Assembly (NCBI RefSeq): GCF_009834535.1
Contig: NC_045707.1
Coordinates: forward strand, 63,180,001-63,244,000
From: Camelus ferus
Taxonomy: Eukaryota
DNA length: 64,000 bases
Reading direction: 5' to 3'
Below, in pieces: positions 25,442 through 39,833 of the stretch (positions are counted from its first letter, which is position 1; every line of letters starts with the position of its first letter). The translations under genes were made by a program, and so were the position numbers. The notes under the pieces are model-generated. The model saw only the letters and a program-made list of their open reading frames with translations. It did not search any database and was not told where the DNA came from.

Positions 25442-27000
25442 TTATAAAGGCGCATTTGGAACAGAGGACCTCGAATGTCAGACATCTGAGTTACCTGGGA
25501 AACCTTTTTAATGTGAATGCCTGGCCCTTCTGGGATTCCAAATTGTTCTAAGGAGGGTCCCAGGACTCCTTACTCTTTAAATGGCCCAAGTGTACAGCAA
25601 GGGTTGAAATCACTGCCTTAGGTGTAGGGAAAAATAAAAGCAGACTGTTTCAAAGTAGTCCAGGCAAGAAATAATAGAATCCTAACTAAACCATACAGCA
25701 CTTTCGGAAGTGAAAACAGGCAGTACTTGGTAATTAATTGAACACTGAAGAAATGCACCAAAGAGCACACCACCTAGTTAAATGAATGGATAATGACTAG
25801 GATTATGGTGTTCCATTAACCAAGATTGTGATTCCAGGGAACCAGAGGGAGAGAGTGAGGAAGGGCAGGAAGGGAAGAGGAAGAGAAAGGGAAAAATAGT
25901 TTTATATTACAAACAGAGCAACTTATCTTCATCATGCAACCTCAAAAAGTCCATTTTTGCTTGTAATGGAAACGGACACAAACGTTCCTTTCCATTAACA
26001 GCATATGCTTCTTTAAATCCTTCCAACAGTTAAAACTTAGGCTGCCTAGATTCAAAGTCCATACTCTTAGAATCTCTGCTCTATGCTGCATCCTGTTCTA
26101 TTTTTATATTGATGGAAATGGGACTCAATTAAAAGCCAAACAATGAGTCGAAAATAGTAGGGATTAGCACTCAAAGCTTTGAAATACTCAAAAGATGATG
26201 CCGACCCCAGTCTGTCTTTTTATTCCTGATAATGCAGTCTGAACTAAAGTCTATTGTTTTAAAAAGCTTTTTGAAGAAAAAAATAATAGAGGCAGTGTGT
26301 TTGCAACCCTGGGGGAAAAAAATGTTGAAGTTTCAGATCACAAGGATTTCTACTAATATCTAGAAGACATAAAATGAGCATTTATTTATGGATTTTATTA
26401 TGGACTACCAGTGTTTATTTCCACAAATGTTTAATCCCCTCTTACAGAATTGCATTTTAAAAGGCAAGACTCAGTAAACTTGTTCTAAATTCTTCTGCTT
26501 AAGTGCCCATCGAGTTCGTGTAAAAATAGAGTTAGATCTCTATTTTAAACATAATTCTGTTGTCAGCTGAGAGCCTGCATTCTTTAGCATGGCGTACTCT
26601 CTGGTGTTGAAAAACATCAAAACCTGATCCTCCATATCCCAACACCCTACAACAAGAACAAACGAACGTTAATCCTTAGGGAAAAGGGGAAACTTGGGAT
26701 CAGATGCAAACCACGCTCTGTTGACATTCTCAAATTAAGAAAATATATACGACAAAGGTACTGACTGCCACGATATACAAATGTTTCATTTCCACTCTGG
26801 CTGACTTTAACAGCAGGTGGTAAAGTAGCATGACAAGACAGTCTTTCACTTTAAGCCCAAAGGCAAAGGATCCATTCTATTTGCAGAGTTAGCTTAAGTT
26901 ATTCTGTTGCTTCTTCTATACATACATGCACTCACAAAAAGTAAAAATGAAAAATTTCCATTATCTCCAAAGGCAAACAGAATGACTGGTTGATAGTATG

Positions 27001-27042
27001 TCTCTCTCTCTCTCTCTTTTTTTTTTTTTTTTCTTTTCTTTT
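27001..27042. repeat. (TC)n followed by poly(T), polypyrimidine tract
   Basis: Direct reading. Confidence 0.9.
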
Positions 27043-27744
27043 CTAAACTGCTTTCTATAAGGCTGTGGTTCAAATCATCAGGCTAACCTGTAATAGCACT
27101 CAGCTTACTCTAAGCTGTGTTAGTGATCTTAAATGTTATTTCTTAATAATGCCATCTTTAGGGACTCAGTGCATAATGGGCACAACTTTTAAACACGGTT
27201 CTGAAATACCCAAGTGAATTAATTATTAGTATCTGGCTTTGAAATAAATGTTTACTGGAACACTAGCACCCTAAGCTTATAGAAGCTAATGAAAACTTAT
27301 TAACTGCTTAACACTGATACTAAACCGAACCAATGTCTATTTGCCAAATGACTGATTACTCAGAATGTTTTTCATTTGAGGGAAATCTGTTTTATCATGA
27401 ATTTTCAGCGGTCTCATTTGTTGGACTAAATACAGCCCCACTGCTAACCCAAATGACATCATTTTACAAATGAGAAAAGAGCCACCTCTTCCTCAAGGCA
27501 CTGCACTGCCATCTGCCAGAAAACAGTCTTAATAAATCTACAGATCTATGATGGCTACAGACTTGAACAGTGCCCTTCCAGAGCTGTGCGATGCAGAGCC
27601 TAATCTATTAAGTTGTGTCAACAGAATTAACAAGAAATGTGTCCTGATCCATTGACTTAGAAGGCTAATGCACTCTGCAAAGAGCTAGAGAGACAGGCTT
27701 TCAAAATAACAAATACACTTGTGAAGAGACAATTTATGAAACAC

Positions 27745-28300
27745 TGTGGGGGAGGCAGAAAAAAACTTTCCTCTACCCTTCTAGGTTCTTCGGGCTCATC
27801 TAAGAATTAAATTGACATTAGAGAGATTAATAAGAGAAAATGAAATTTAACTACATCCATATGAGGTTCCATAAGAGTAGGGGGCCCAAGGACAGGTTAG
27901 ACAATTGAAGCTTATAATACCATCTGGGAGAAGGAGAATAGGGTACTGGCTGGGGACTTCAAAGGGAAGGAAGGCCGTTTACAGGAAGATGAAAAAGAGC
28001 AAAGGTTTGATAAATAAATGTCTGCTGGGCCAGGCAGAGACAACGGGACACCGAGAGGACCTTGATCAAACAGGACTTGCTAAGTTTCCCGCAGTTCACC
28101 ACATCTAGTTCATATTACCCCGAGGTTATCTGTGGTGACAGTTATTTCAGGAAGAGGACCTTTATCTAAATTGTTTCAGGCAGCTAAGGGGAAGAGGTAA
28201 AAGCTCTTCCTGATACTTTTGTTTCTTAAAAACAATCGGCCCCAAACAATCCTTGAGACATAGAGACATACTTGGGGGTGGCAAAGTTTTAATCAAATCA
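27745..28300 (-). mobile_element. ERV1-class solo LTR (subfamily not identified)
   Basis: Starts tgtggggg; minus strand ends in the typical ...ttttctcttattaatctctct..gtcaatttaatt...agaacctagaagggtagaggaaa...ccccaca. Confidence 0.65.
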
Positions 28301-28499
28301 CCAGGTTTAATTAACTGACCCAGTGGTCAAGAAGAACATGATAGGAAATAGCCGTTCTGCTCTACAGAGGATATAGCAAAAAACAAACAGACTTAAGTTA
28401 CAAGTGTTAGAGTTACACGTCTTCCTTCTAACAAGAGAAATAATGAACATCCAGATAACGTGCCAACAAAGTCCCCTTACTTAGCATTGCTCTCGTCTC

Positions 28500-29020
28500 C
28501 GCTGTGACTTAGAATCCGCTGAGGATCCATGGAAATACTGATGGCAGGGCCTCAATCTCAAAGCCAAAATTCTGCGCCGGTCTCTAGGCATGGGCCTCAG
28601 GCATCAATCTTTTTGGAAGCTCCCCGAATGAATCCTTACATCCAGCCAGAGTTTAAAACCTCCAACTGAGATGATTTCACAAACAGTGCTCCTACCGAGC
28701 ACAGACAAGAATGGTGGGTCTCAAGTTTTAGTGTGCATTGGACGTACCAGGAGGGTTTCATAAAACAGATCGCTAGACGCAACTTCCAGAGTTCATGATC
28801 TGGTTAGATACCAGATGCTTCCAGTCAAAAACTGCCTTTTGAGGACCACTGGTCTAGAACCTTACTACTCAAAATGTTGTTTGGGGATGGCCATTTGACA
28901 GGACTGGGAGCCTGTTAGAAATGCAGCGCCTCGGGCCCCACCCACTACTGAATTGATATCTGAACTTTGATAAGATTCCCAAGTGATTCAAATGGAAATT
29001 AAAATTTGAGAAGCACTGGT
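28500..29020. mobile_element. Cluster of about three adjacent MER5-family MITEs
   Basis: Repeated MER5 hallmarks (gcatgggcctcaggcatc; tggtgggtctcaag...gaggaccactg; gttagaaatgcag...tttgagaagcactg). Confidence 0.7.
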
Positions 29021-29129
29021 CTAGAGTCTAGACCAATTAAAAAGTCTACTGGGATAAGAAGGAATATAAATAGGGATAAAATAGGGTAGGGACTTGTGAA
29101 TAACAAGAGACCTCATGTTCCAAAAACTT

Positions 29130-29345
29130 AGCTCTAACTAATCGGTGCCTATGTGGACTTGCAGACTAACTGCTATCAGATATTCTAATTTTTCAAGAAG
29201 GTTAGTAATCTAGATTTTTATGTGAAATCCCTCACCTGTAAAATGTTAGCAATCTATCAAAAGCTTTTATAACACCTTTAAGATCAAATAAAATATGTCT
29301 GTGGGCCATATTTGGCCCTTAGCTTGCCTGGATGTGACCTCTGAT
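29130..29345. mobile_element. hAT-Charlie MITE (MER102-like); a related copy in the opposite orientation lies near 35085-35230
   Basis: tttttcaagaag...aatctagatttttatgtgaaat...gtgggccatatttggccc...tgacctctg. Confidence 0.5.
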
Positions 29346-31233
29346 CTAGTAAGAGTCAATCATAAATTGAATTAGAGTTTGAAATAAATCACTGGAAATC
29401 CCCTAAGAACTCATCCTTTAAAAGCTTAAGATAAACGATGTATTTGGCAACAGTTAATTATTTTCCATAGGGCATCCTTCTGCCTGACACAAACTCAGCA
29501 AAAGCAACAAAACTAAACATTAGGGAGGGCAGCTTTGAGTTATGCTATGGAAGGGAAAATATGCACCTATACGATCAGAAGCAAGAGAGGATGCTGAACA
29601 TCTCGGGAGTGCCTCTGAAGAACAGACATGCAGGCCATCAATCTCAAAACAAGAAAGGTGAGGAATCGAGTGTGTTTACTGATAAAGACACCTATGAACA
29701 CAGCAAAATTTCTAACCATAAGCCTTTGAGAGTGGAAGAAAAATGGCAGTATTCTATAGGTAGAATTTATTTTGACTTGTAAAACATTTAGTAAAATGAC
29801 CTCAGTTCCAGATTTCCTGGCCATCTTTACTTACTAGCATATAATTGCATCGTTTCCTTTACCTATGAAGCAGTTTGAAAACATTTTCTAGCAGAGGCAC
29901 ACAACACTCTCAATGTGTGACATTTTAATGGTCATTGAGAAGTTTTTCTTTAAACCCTGTAAATCACTTATGAAAGGCATCTTAGACACTATCTAGAGAA
30001 TAACAAGATGGTACCTTTCAGAAAGGTCACATAGGACCAGAAAAACACAAAAGGAGTAGCTAAGCAGGCTGAGAAGAAACATGAAAGTCAAATTACACAG
30101 CTGAGAGGGAGATAAGAGACAAGTCATGAAAACTGCTTATCACTCTGCTAGAGGACCAATAAACAAGCAAAGTTGCAGAAAGGACTTGAGAATGGAACAG
30201 AAGACAGGGCGAAGGTAATATCCAATCTTTCTCAGCCAGGCTCTCCTTCCCAACACACTCTTTCACTGTGTGATCCTTAACTCCAGAACCTCAAAAAGCT
30301 CTCTGTCCAGAATGACTACTACATTTCTTAGTCTGTGATGAAAGGCATTCATAATGCAATTTAGCTTTAATCCTATTAAATTATTAAATACTATCCACAC
30401 TTCTCTCTAAATCCCCTCAATTAGGCCAACAATTAGGAGAATGGATACTTTTCTGCACTCTTAAATACATCCTAATAAACTTTTCAAGCTTTTGTCATTA
30501 GAATAATGAAACAAAGGTTAGCGGGATGCTCTTCTTGGTTGAATATTTAAGAGAGCCACCATCATCCCTAACTTTATTCTCTCATCAACCTGTTTAAAAA
30601 AGCGGTGAGTATGCCAAGGACATTTAACTAATAAAAATATATTAGATAATTATTTTTTTCAAAGAAAAAGTAAGTAGCACCTCAAACTACATATGGCATC
30701 TTAAATGACAAGATGAAGAACAGACATTTACAGCCTTATCCAAATAAGGCAATTTGTAGTTGGAGCTGCCAAGATTAGCAATTATATACCCTGGGATCTA
30801 AATTTACAAGATAAATTTACATCTGTGGGATTTTTCTTTAAATATTGAAATTACAACGTGATATAAAGTAGGCATGCACTGAAAATCAGAAGCACTTTGC
30901 TTTTACCTTTGCCTGCAAGAAACCATGTGACCCAAGGCCAAAGCATTTCAGTTTCTTTATGTCAAACTGATATCATCATTTCATTTTCATTACGTACAAA
31001 GGGAGGAAAGAAATAAATTACCATTTAATTGATGTATAACGAACTGCCAGACTCAGTGTTTGACAAAATCACCGGTCAGATGAGAGGATGAACGAGATGA
31101 TCTTTATGGCCCTTTTAACTAAAAACTTATCTCATGTCTATGGAATATTTGAGTAAATTAATATGTATGTAGCAGAAAAGCAGAGGACTCTTATGCAAAT
31201 TAACTTATTTCTATATATATTTACACATATATT

Positions 31234-31246
31234 CTATATATATATA

Positions 31247-31310
<64 letters not shown>
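31234..31310. repeat. Compound (TA)n(TG)n(TA)n microsatellite
   Basis: Direct reading; final TA run about 25 units. Confidence 0.95.
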
Positions 31311-31312
<2 letters not shown>

Positions 31313-32429
31313 ACCTACCTCTGAAATATTACTGTTCTTTTCTGTTTCTTGCAAACATAGCTTTATTATCTTATCGCTGTAATTTGGGTGATTAGATTCA
31401 ACATGGATATGATGAATTTGGCCTCACACCATCAACAGGAATGAAACAGCTTCTAGTTCTTGGGAAATGAGAATGCACCTATAACAGCTCTCTTCATTAA
31501 ATTCAAACCTGATATAACTTATATTTTATGACGCTCCTTGTAACCGTCAACCACTTAAAGCGATTTTAAGAGATTCTTCTTCTCCGGGAGGATTAATAGG
31601 AGGAGGCTGTACTCCTCATCAGACTCTTCCCACACGGCCTGTCTCTTTTCCTCCTCTGCCTGCCCCTCTCGATGTCAACCACCTTGTGTAGAGCAGTGCT
31701 GGACTGCCTTCCCCAAGATGCTCGTCGCGAGAGGAAGTCATCCTCGTCGGGGCAGGAGAGACGGAAACAAAGGGAGTAAGGGCAAAACTGAAAATTTTCC
31801 ATCGAGCAATTTTACTTCTGCTTCAGCCAAACAACAAATTATCTTTTTTTCCCTGAAGACAACTGCATAACTTCAGTGATTGAAAGGGGAAACCTTTTTT
31901 TATCCGACAGCAAGAGCAAGTGTCAATTAAGACAAAACAGCAACAAAAATAAAGCAGGAAGAACCCATCACAACATAGCCACTCTGCACAGCAAGAGGGT
32001 ACCATTTATCTGTTGATGTTTTTTCCTTAAGCCCATTATTACCTTACATAGTAGTAAAATCTAAGGCAATAACACGGAGCCGAGTAAAACATTATTTTGA
32101 TCCTCCCTAATTCATCCTTATCGTCCTCATTTCAGAAAGTTAGAACGGACACAAAGATCCCTCACTCCAAAAACAGCACCAAGTGTGTATTATTTACGGG
32201 GCCGCTTGTTACTAGCTCCTTGATGAAAATCCATTTTGGGTGCACACACTTCCATTCTTTGTAGACACAGTAAAGGTGTGATGTCATCTGAATCCCAATA
32301 ATCGAAGCCCTGATTGCCATTAACAAATATTTACCAAGCATCTCTTTGTGACAGACACTGTGTTGGGTAAGATCCACTGCTGATGTTCTAAGCACACTGT
32401 AGCTCCCACTAAGAGACTAGTTGGAGGGG

Positions 32430-32640
32430 TCTAGACCTTGGATGCTAGAGACAGGCTGCCTAGAACTGAATCCTGAATCTGTCACTTCCTGCCACTGCTT
32501 AATCTCTTTAAGCCTCAGTTCCTGTTTTGGTCCAATGAGGATAATGTGAATAAACATGCCATAGGACTGTTATGAGGATTAAACAAGTAAATACATGTGT
32601 TAGCATGTAATGCATGCTTAATATTTCTTATCCATCATTA
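32430..32640. mobile_element. MIR SINE
   Basis: gaatcctgaatctgtcactt...cttaatctctttaagcctcagtt...ggactgttatgaggattaaa. Confidence 0.7.
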
Positions 32641-33139
32641 TTAACATGAATTTAAAGAGCTAATATATTTTGGCCCCTCTACAAAAAAAAAAATGGTTTG
32701 TCAAAAATTCAAGTCATGTCAGATATCAGCTTATTCTCAAAAACGTATATTAAAAAATTGAACAGTCGATTCCACATGTGTGTGAAGATGAGTTAAACTA
32801 GATTTGTGAGGATTCTTCCCATGCTCTAATTCCATAAAAATTATCCAACCACATAGTAAGCAGAAAGGGACAACAGTACTTCAAAACGTGCCGGACTCTG
32901 ACTTCTAATTCATTATTTTTCTTATTGGATGTTTCTGGACAAAAATTACGGAGGTCCTGAGGACAAGAGAATGGGGCAACTGGCCTGTTTGAACAGCCTG
33001 AAATAGTGCCTGGACAAAAGTTGGATTACCACGTGAGATGCAGATTCCCAGACAGATGGGTGTCAGGAGGCCAAAGGATGGACTTTGAGTTGACTTAGAG
33101 ATAAGAGGAGCTGAGACGAAGGCCCAGTCATGACTTTCA

Positions 33140-33370
33140 TACAGTGCTCATTCTCCGTCAGGCACAATTCTAGGTGCTTTGCTTGTATGAACTTGTTTAA
33201 CCCTCACAACAACCCACACTAATAGGAAGGCACTATTATCATCCTCACTTTATATACAGGGAAACTGAGAGAGGTTAATTCACTTGCCCAAGGTCATATG
33301 TAGCCAGTATGTGGTGGAGGGAGGAACTGTGCCCAAACCATCTAGCTTTTATTCACGATACTATACTGCC
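33140..33370. mobile_element. MIR SINE
   Basis: caggcacaattctaggtgcttt...tttaaccctcacaacaacc...ggaaactgag...cacttgcccaaggtca. Confidence 0.75.
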
Positions 33371-35814
33371 TCCCTCAAATACACAGCGATGTGCTTAGCT
33401 TACTTAGGTCTTGTATAAGCTGAGATTATAAGTATCAGAAAACAGAGGGTGTTTCATGGTGTGTTTATTCAATAAGATACTAACATAAAGTTAATATGTG
33501 GTTACACGTTAAAAATTTGCTTTAATATAATAGATTCTGTGAGAGTCACAGGAATGTTTGATTATGACATTTAAGAAGGGGGTTTATACTCATCACACAT
33601 GTCCAGCTCCTTCCTTGAGAGAGCCAAATAGAATGAGATTCTAGAAGCCAGAGAGTTCAGAGAAATCCCTCTCTATTCTTCAGTATCTCAACTTTGCTGC
33701 CGAGCATCCTAATTCTGGAGAGCATGCTGGTCCGATACTCTGGAATATTACTAAGGGAAACATTGCTTCTGGTACCCAGGCCAGGTCTTATTACTGGACC
33801 TGACCTCATAGGAACCCTGCGAAACCTAGCAGATGGCGTATACCCGAGTAAACAAAACAAGGCATCATTATTCAGTAGTAACACCTCAGAAATAATCCCA
33901 GTGAAGTAATTCGGATAATGTCTTTATAGAGAGAACATTTTAAAATTGTAGTGGGTTTAAATTATGATCGTCAGACTAGACTAAAAACCAACATGACACA
34001 AAGGAATAGAGGATGATTAATCTGAACAAGCTGGTGAATTATCAGGATTGGAAAGAAGTCTGGTCATACCCCGTATCTTTATTAATGACCTGAGAAAAGC
34101 CCACACCATGTTAATTGAATCTATAAATGCAACTAAACTGACATGGTATTTCCAAAGGTTAGGCTAGGACAAAAGTTAAAAAAGAAGCATCTTCACCTTA
34201 AGGAAAATATTTTCAGTAAGTACAAGTACTGTCATAAACTCTCACTCAAAGCGCCATCAATTACCATCGAACAGAGATGCTCTTTAAATAAAGGTCAAAC
34301 TTCACATAATAAAATTTGAGGACAGACACATGGCCCCAGCTTTAAGACAGCCTTCATCATTTATGTTTTCATTCAGTGTAAAAAAAAAAAAAAAAAAAAC
34401 CTCCTTGTTTTTATTGGTCAAAGGGGAAAATATGTGAACAAGTAAAAAAAATTAAATTTTCACCTTACATCATTTGTATTTATTTTTTTGCCTTTCCTAC
34501 TTAATGAACCAGAAACTCTCTGTTTGCTAGTAATAACATAATTATGTCCTTGGGAACTGGTTTTTATATTACAGCTATTTATTCCTTTACCTATCAGGTC
34601 ATTAGTTCAAAATTTTATGTTCCTTTTGTAACAGCTGATAATAATAAATTTTTACACTGCATCCCAAAAGAACTATGAAAAAATTCCTAACACCACTTCA
34701 TTCAGAGCAAATACAGTACAACAATGGATTGGGAAAATTTTGACCAAAACAATATGCCCAACTTTGGCTCTATTTTCACTTAAGTATTGTATCTACAAAA
34801 TTAAATCAAGTGCATTCCGAATGAGAGTGCAAGAAGAGCAAGACAGTGTTCTTAATGTCATAAAATTAGAAGAAGCATATAATAACCTGATTTAAGAGAG
34901 GCTGAGGTGAGAAACATTCAGTCCTGAATCGCCTCCCGTCCCAGTTTAGGGGATTTTGACCTAATTCCCCAACATGGGGCGCTCTAAACACAAGATTCGT
35001 TAAATAAGATGTCGCACTTTGAGGGAAGATTTCCATTCTTTGGGGAAGACAGATTTTTCAAAGTGGATACTAATTTTAGCTGAATGCCAGACCCAGATAA
35101 AAGTCATGTTTTGCTGACCTACAGGTTTTTGTTTGGTTTTTCCAATTAGTTGTCAGCAATTAAAACTTTCGGCACTTTCACATATAAAATAAATCTGGAT
35201 TTCTGGCTCCTTTTGAAGAATGACAAGCTTTCTTGAAGAATGACGAGAATGGCATACATCTGGAAACAATCCTCTAAGAATGAAGAAGAACTCTTTTGAA
35301 GGATGACGCACCTTGTCTAGTTTGCCTCAATCCCCAGTTCTCTAATTCCCACTACACACTTGACCATGAAGGCGTATGCAAGCTATTTAAACTTGCCATC
35401 CTTGGTCTAGTGTCCAAAGATCACATCCTACTCTTCCTCTACTCTGGAGCAGGCTGTCCCTTACAAAGGGAGAAGTGTAGGGGACAACAGAAGAAGTGGG
35501 GTTCATCTCCATGGAAGTGTGAGGATACTGAGGGTGGAGAGGGGTTTAGTAGACAGTCTGTTGTTGGTTTTTTGCTGTTTTTGTTTTTGTTTTTGTTTGT
35601 TTTACCAGAGCCCTTGATTCTTCCCAGGACTGACGTAGCCTGGAAGTTAAGAGGTGTAGTGTTATATATTAAAATATGGGACCTTACTATTAGAAAAATC
35701 TATGAGGTCATTTTGTCCATGGCTCCCCCAAACTGGCCCATCATGAGAATCATTACATTGATTTTTGTCAGGAATTTCAGTATAAACTGAAAATCTAATC
35801 TAAGGGTTGCAAGT

Positions 35815-38800
35815 ATGTCCAGAATGGTGGCATAAGATGCTCTGCAGACGCACTCCTCATCAGAACAGCAAGAGCCAGGGAGAATTATGGAAACGACAAG
35901 CAGAAAATCTTTGGAAATGCTTTAAGAATATATGACAAGTGAAGAATTACTTATTTTTTTTTAAAATCTAAGTTTCGGTAAGAAGAGTGAGAGTCTATGC
36001 CACCTGAGCCACAAACCACTCCCTCACTCACCCCTCCTTCCAGGTCAGCATGATGGAAGGTCCACTACCATCAGCTGTGGCCAAGGAGGTGGCACTCCGG
36101 AAGCCGCTCCCACCAGCTCCCAGTCAGAGTCCACAGTTTCTCTTCTGGTTGGAAAGGCTGCCAGCATTTCTCCTCACCCCCAGCTCCACGTGGCACAAAC
36201 TAACTTCCAGGCGTGTGCAGAAAGAGATCAGAATCGTCCTTTCCATCCATACCCAGTTCCCACTAGCATGGCAGAGACTCTACCCCAGGCTGCAGCAGGT
36301 TGAGGACACAGTGGCCTCAAATCGCCTTTGCTTCAGCTTCCTCAAGGGGCAGAAGTTCCACCCTGGGAGATCACCAGCAGAAGACTAGAGGCCACTGCTC
36401 CTGCCTAGAACCCCTCTTACGAAGCAGAGATTTTACTCCAAGAGAAGCAGGTCATTGTCCGCAGGCCCAGTTCCAATGCAGTAGCTCAGATTTTCGCCTA
36501 TGGGAAAACGGACTATAAGAACAGACTGTTCAGAAGTTATCCCCATAGACTTCTTTATTTGGAACAGAACAGGAAAAATCGGAACCTAAATATACTCTCA
36601 GAAACCGCGGACATTTTGGTAGTAAGCAATTAAAAGGAGCCCCATGGTCCCATAAGAGCAACAAGCTAAACCATAGGCCAGTTTGTTTACCAGAGAGAAT
36701 CAGAGAAAGAAATAGCTAAGAAAAGTCCTTCTAGGGTCAAAACAAACCTCAAATACTGGCCTCTAAATACTCCTCCAAACAGGCTTGAATTTAACTGGAG
36801 CAGAGTTTAAAGAAGAATTCATACTAATTGGTCACAAACTCTTTCCAAAAAATAGAAGGGAAAGGAACACTTCCTAATTCATTTTATAAGGCCAGTGTTA
36901 CCCTGATATCAAAACCAGACAAGAGATCAAAATGAAAGGAATAGACAGATCAACATCTCTTACGAAGATGGACACAAAAATCATCATCAAGATATGAGTT
37001 AACCAAATCCATAAACATACAAACAACATTATACACCGTGACCAAACGAGATTTACCTAAGGGACACAAGGTGGGTGTGATATCCAAAAAATAGTCATGT
37101 AATATACACTATCAATAAAATAAAGGACAAAAACCACACATCTCAATAGAAGCATTAAAAGCATTTGGGAAAAAAATCTAACATCACTTCATAATTAAAA
37201 ATAATAATAAAGGGGAACTTCTTCAACCTTCTCAAAGGACATCTGTGAAAACCCCACACCTGGCATCACACTTAACAGTGAAAGACTGAAAGTTTTCCCC
37301 TGAGGTCAAGAGCAAGACAAGGACCTTCCGTTTCTTCACTTCTTTTCATCAGTGTCCAAGATGTTCTAGTCAAAGCAATTAGGCAAAAAGTAAAATAAAG
37401 AAAGCCATTTTAGAAAGGAAAAGTAAAACTGAGTCTACTTGTAGAAAACATGATCTTTAATTTAGGAAACTCTACAGAATCCACTAAAACACAATTAGGA
37501 CTAATAACATGAGTTCAGTAAGCTTACCAGATATAAGTTCAATACGCAATTGTATTTCAAATATCAACTGTATTTCTATATACTAGTAATGAAACACTCA
37601 AAAATGAAATTGAGAAAATAATTCCATCTACAATGACATAAAAAAGAATAAAATACTTAAGAATAAATTAAACCAAAGAAGTATAAAATATATGCATTGA
37701 AAACTACAAAACCCTGTTGAGAGACATTAAAGACCTAAATAAACAGGAAGACACCTCATATTCACTGATCAGAAGACAATTTTAGGATAACAATACTCCC
37801 TGTACTGAGTTAGAGATTCAAAGCATTCTCTAAAAAAAAAAAAATCTACATTGGCTTCTTAACAGCAACTGACAATCTAATCCTAAAATTCATGTTAATT
37901 TGAGGGACCCCACATAGCCAAAATAATCTTGAAAAAGAAAAACAAAGTTAGAGAACTAACGTGTCAAGACTGTGGAAATCAAAACACTAGTGGTACTGGC
38001 CTAAGGACAGACACATCGATAAATGGGACAGAACTGAGAGTCCAGAAATAAACTCTAATAATGATGGTCAACTAATTTTTGACAAAGGTGCCAAGACAAT
38101 TCAATAGATAGTTAGTCATTTCAACCACGAATGCTGGAACAATGGGATATCCACCTGCAACAAAGTGGAGTTGGACCCGTTTCTCACACTGTGCACCAAA
38201 ATTAACTCAAAATGGATCATAGGCCTAAGTGTAAGAGCTATAACTGTAAAACTCTTGGAAGAAAATACAGTGACCTTGTGTTAAGTAAAACTTTATTAAA
38301 TAGGACACCAAAACAAAAGCAACAAAAGGAAAACTAGTCTAATACTTCATCAAAGTTAAAAACATTTATGCTTCAAAATATTCCATGAAGAAAGTGAAAA
38401 GAAACCCACAAGATGGAAGAAACTATCTGTGAATCTTATGTCTAATAAGGGACTTGTGTCTAGAGTGTATAAAATATTCTTACGACTCAATAATAAAAAG
38501 GTAAGTAACTCAATTTAAAAATGAACAAAGATATGAATAGACATTTCTTCCAAAGAAGATACACAAATGGCCAATAAGTTTATGAAAAGATGCTCAGCAT
38601 CCTTAGCCACCAGGGAAATGCAAATCAAAAGCACCAGGAGATTCCACTTCACACCCACGAGGATGGCTATAATTGAAAGCAGAGATTAACAAGTGTTTAC
38701 GAGGACATAGAAAAATGGGGACTCCACACACTGCTGGTGGGAATGTAAAATGGTCCATCACAATGTTAAATATAGAGATACCATATGATCCAGTAATGCC

Positions 38801-39303
38801 ATCCCTAACTATATACCCAACAGAAATAAAAATATATGTCCACAGAAAAATGTGCACATGAATATTCATAGCAGCATTTTTCATAATAGCTAAAAAGTGG
38901 TAACAACCCAAACATCCATCACCCAATGAACTGATAAGTAAAATGTGATCTATCCATACAATGGAATATAATTCAGCAATAAAATGAATGAGATACTGAT
39001 TTATGTAACACATGGATGAACTTTGAAAACATATGCTAAAAGAAGCCAGTCACAAAAACCACACATCATGTGATTCTATTCCTATGAAAAGTCCACAATA
39101 GGAAAATTTATGCAGGCAGAAAGTAGATTAGTAGTTACCCAGGTTTAGAGGTGGGGGGATCATGAGGGAAATGTCATTTCTTTTGGGGTCGATGAAAACG
39201 TTCTGAATTGACTGTGTTGGGAATGGTTGTGCAATGCTGTGCGTGCACTAAAGACCATTTAATTGTATACTTCAGATAGGTGAATTCTGAGGTGTGTAAA
39301 TTG
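35815..39303 (+). mobile_element. Old L1M (L1MB-type): 5'-UTR-like segment joined directly to degenerate ORF2 (RT to C-terminus) and 3' UTR
   Basis: From about 36805 it decodes to decayed RT-region text (FKEE..LFQKIE..GTLPNSFY.AS.TLI.KPDK); ORF 38673..38861 resembles the ORF2 C-terminus; 3' UTR to about 39303; many stops and frameshifts. Confidence 0.85.
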
Positions 39304-39639
39304 TACAGGTATTTTTCAGTTGCCTCTGCAGCATCCATCCCCTCCTCTTAATAACAAAATAAGTAAAAATAAAGCTATTATAGTTTAAAAATATAAAGCT
39401 AAATAATTATATCTTTTAAACACAATCTAGGCTTTGTCAACTAAAGATACGATGCTCAATCTTTTTAAAATTTTATCCATAGTCATTCCAGCGAGTTAGT
39501 AAATACATCTATCTACATATATACACGTATATATTTCTCTCTATATATATATATGTATGTATGTGTATATATATCCTAAACTCACACATATATGTTCACC
39601 ACCATCCTTTATAATAGCAATTTACAGAATTGGTTAAAT

Positions 39640-39833
39640 TCAAATCAAAACCACAATGAGACATCACCTCGCACTGGTCAGAATGGCCATCACCAAAAAG
39701 TCTACATATAATAAATGCTGGAGAGAGTGTGGAGAAAAGGGAACCCTCCTACACTGTTGGTAGGAAAGTAAACTGGTGCAACTACTATGGAGAACAATAT
39801 GGAGGTTCCTTAAAAATTTGAAAATAGGACTAC
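39640..39833 (+). mobile_element. L1 ORF2 3' fragment of intermediate age
   Basis: caaatcaaaaccacaatgagacatcacctc...ggagaaaagggaaccctcctacactgttgg...aaaataggactac. Confidence 0.85.

Noticed and set aside
26523..26546. Short hairpins (also ggctacc-gga-ggtagcc at 50174-50190)
   Set aside because: Stems of 7-9 bp are expected by chance and are too short for a miRNA precursor.
35296..35790. 164-aa ORF
   Set aside because: Non-ATG start, includes a (TTTTTG)n tract, no protein-family signal.
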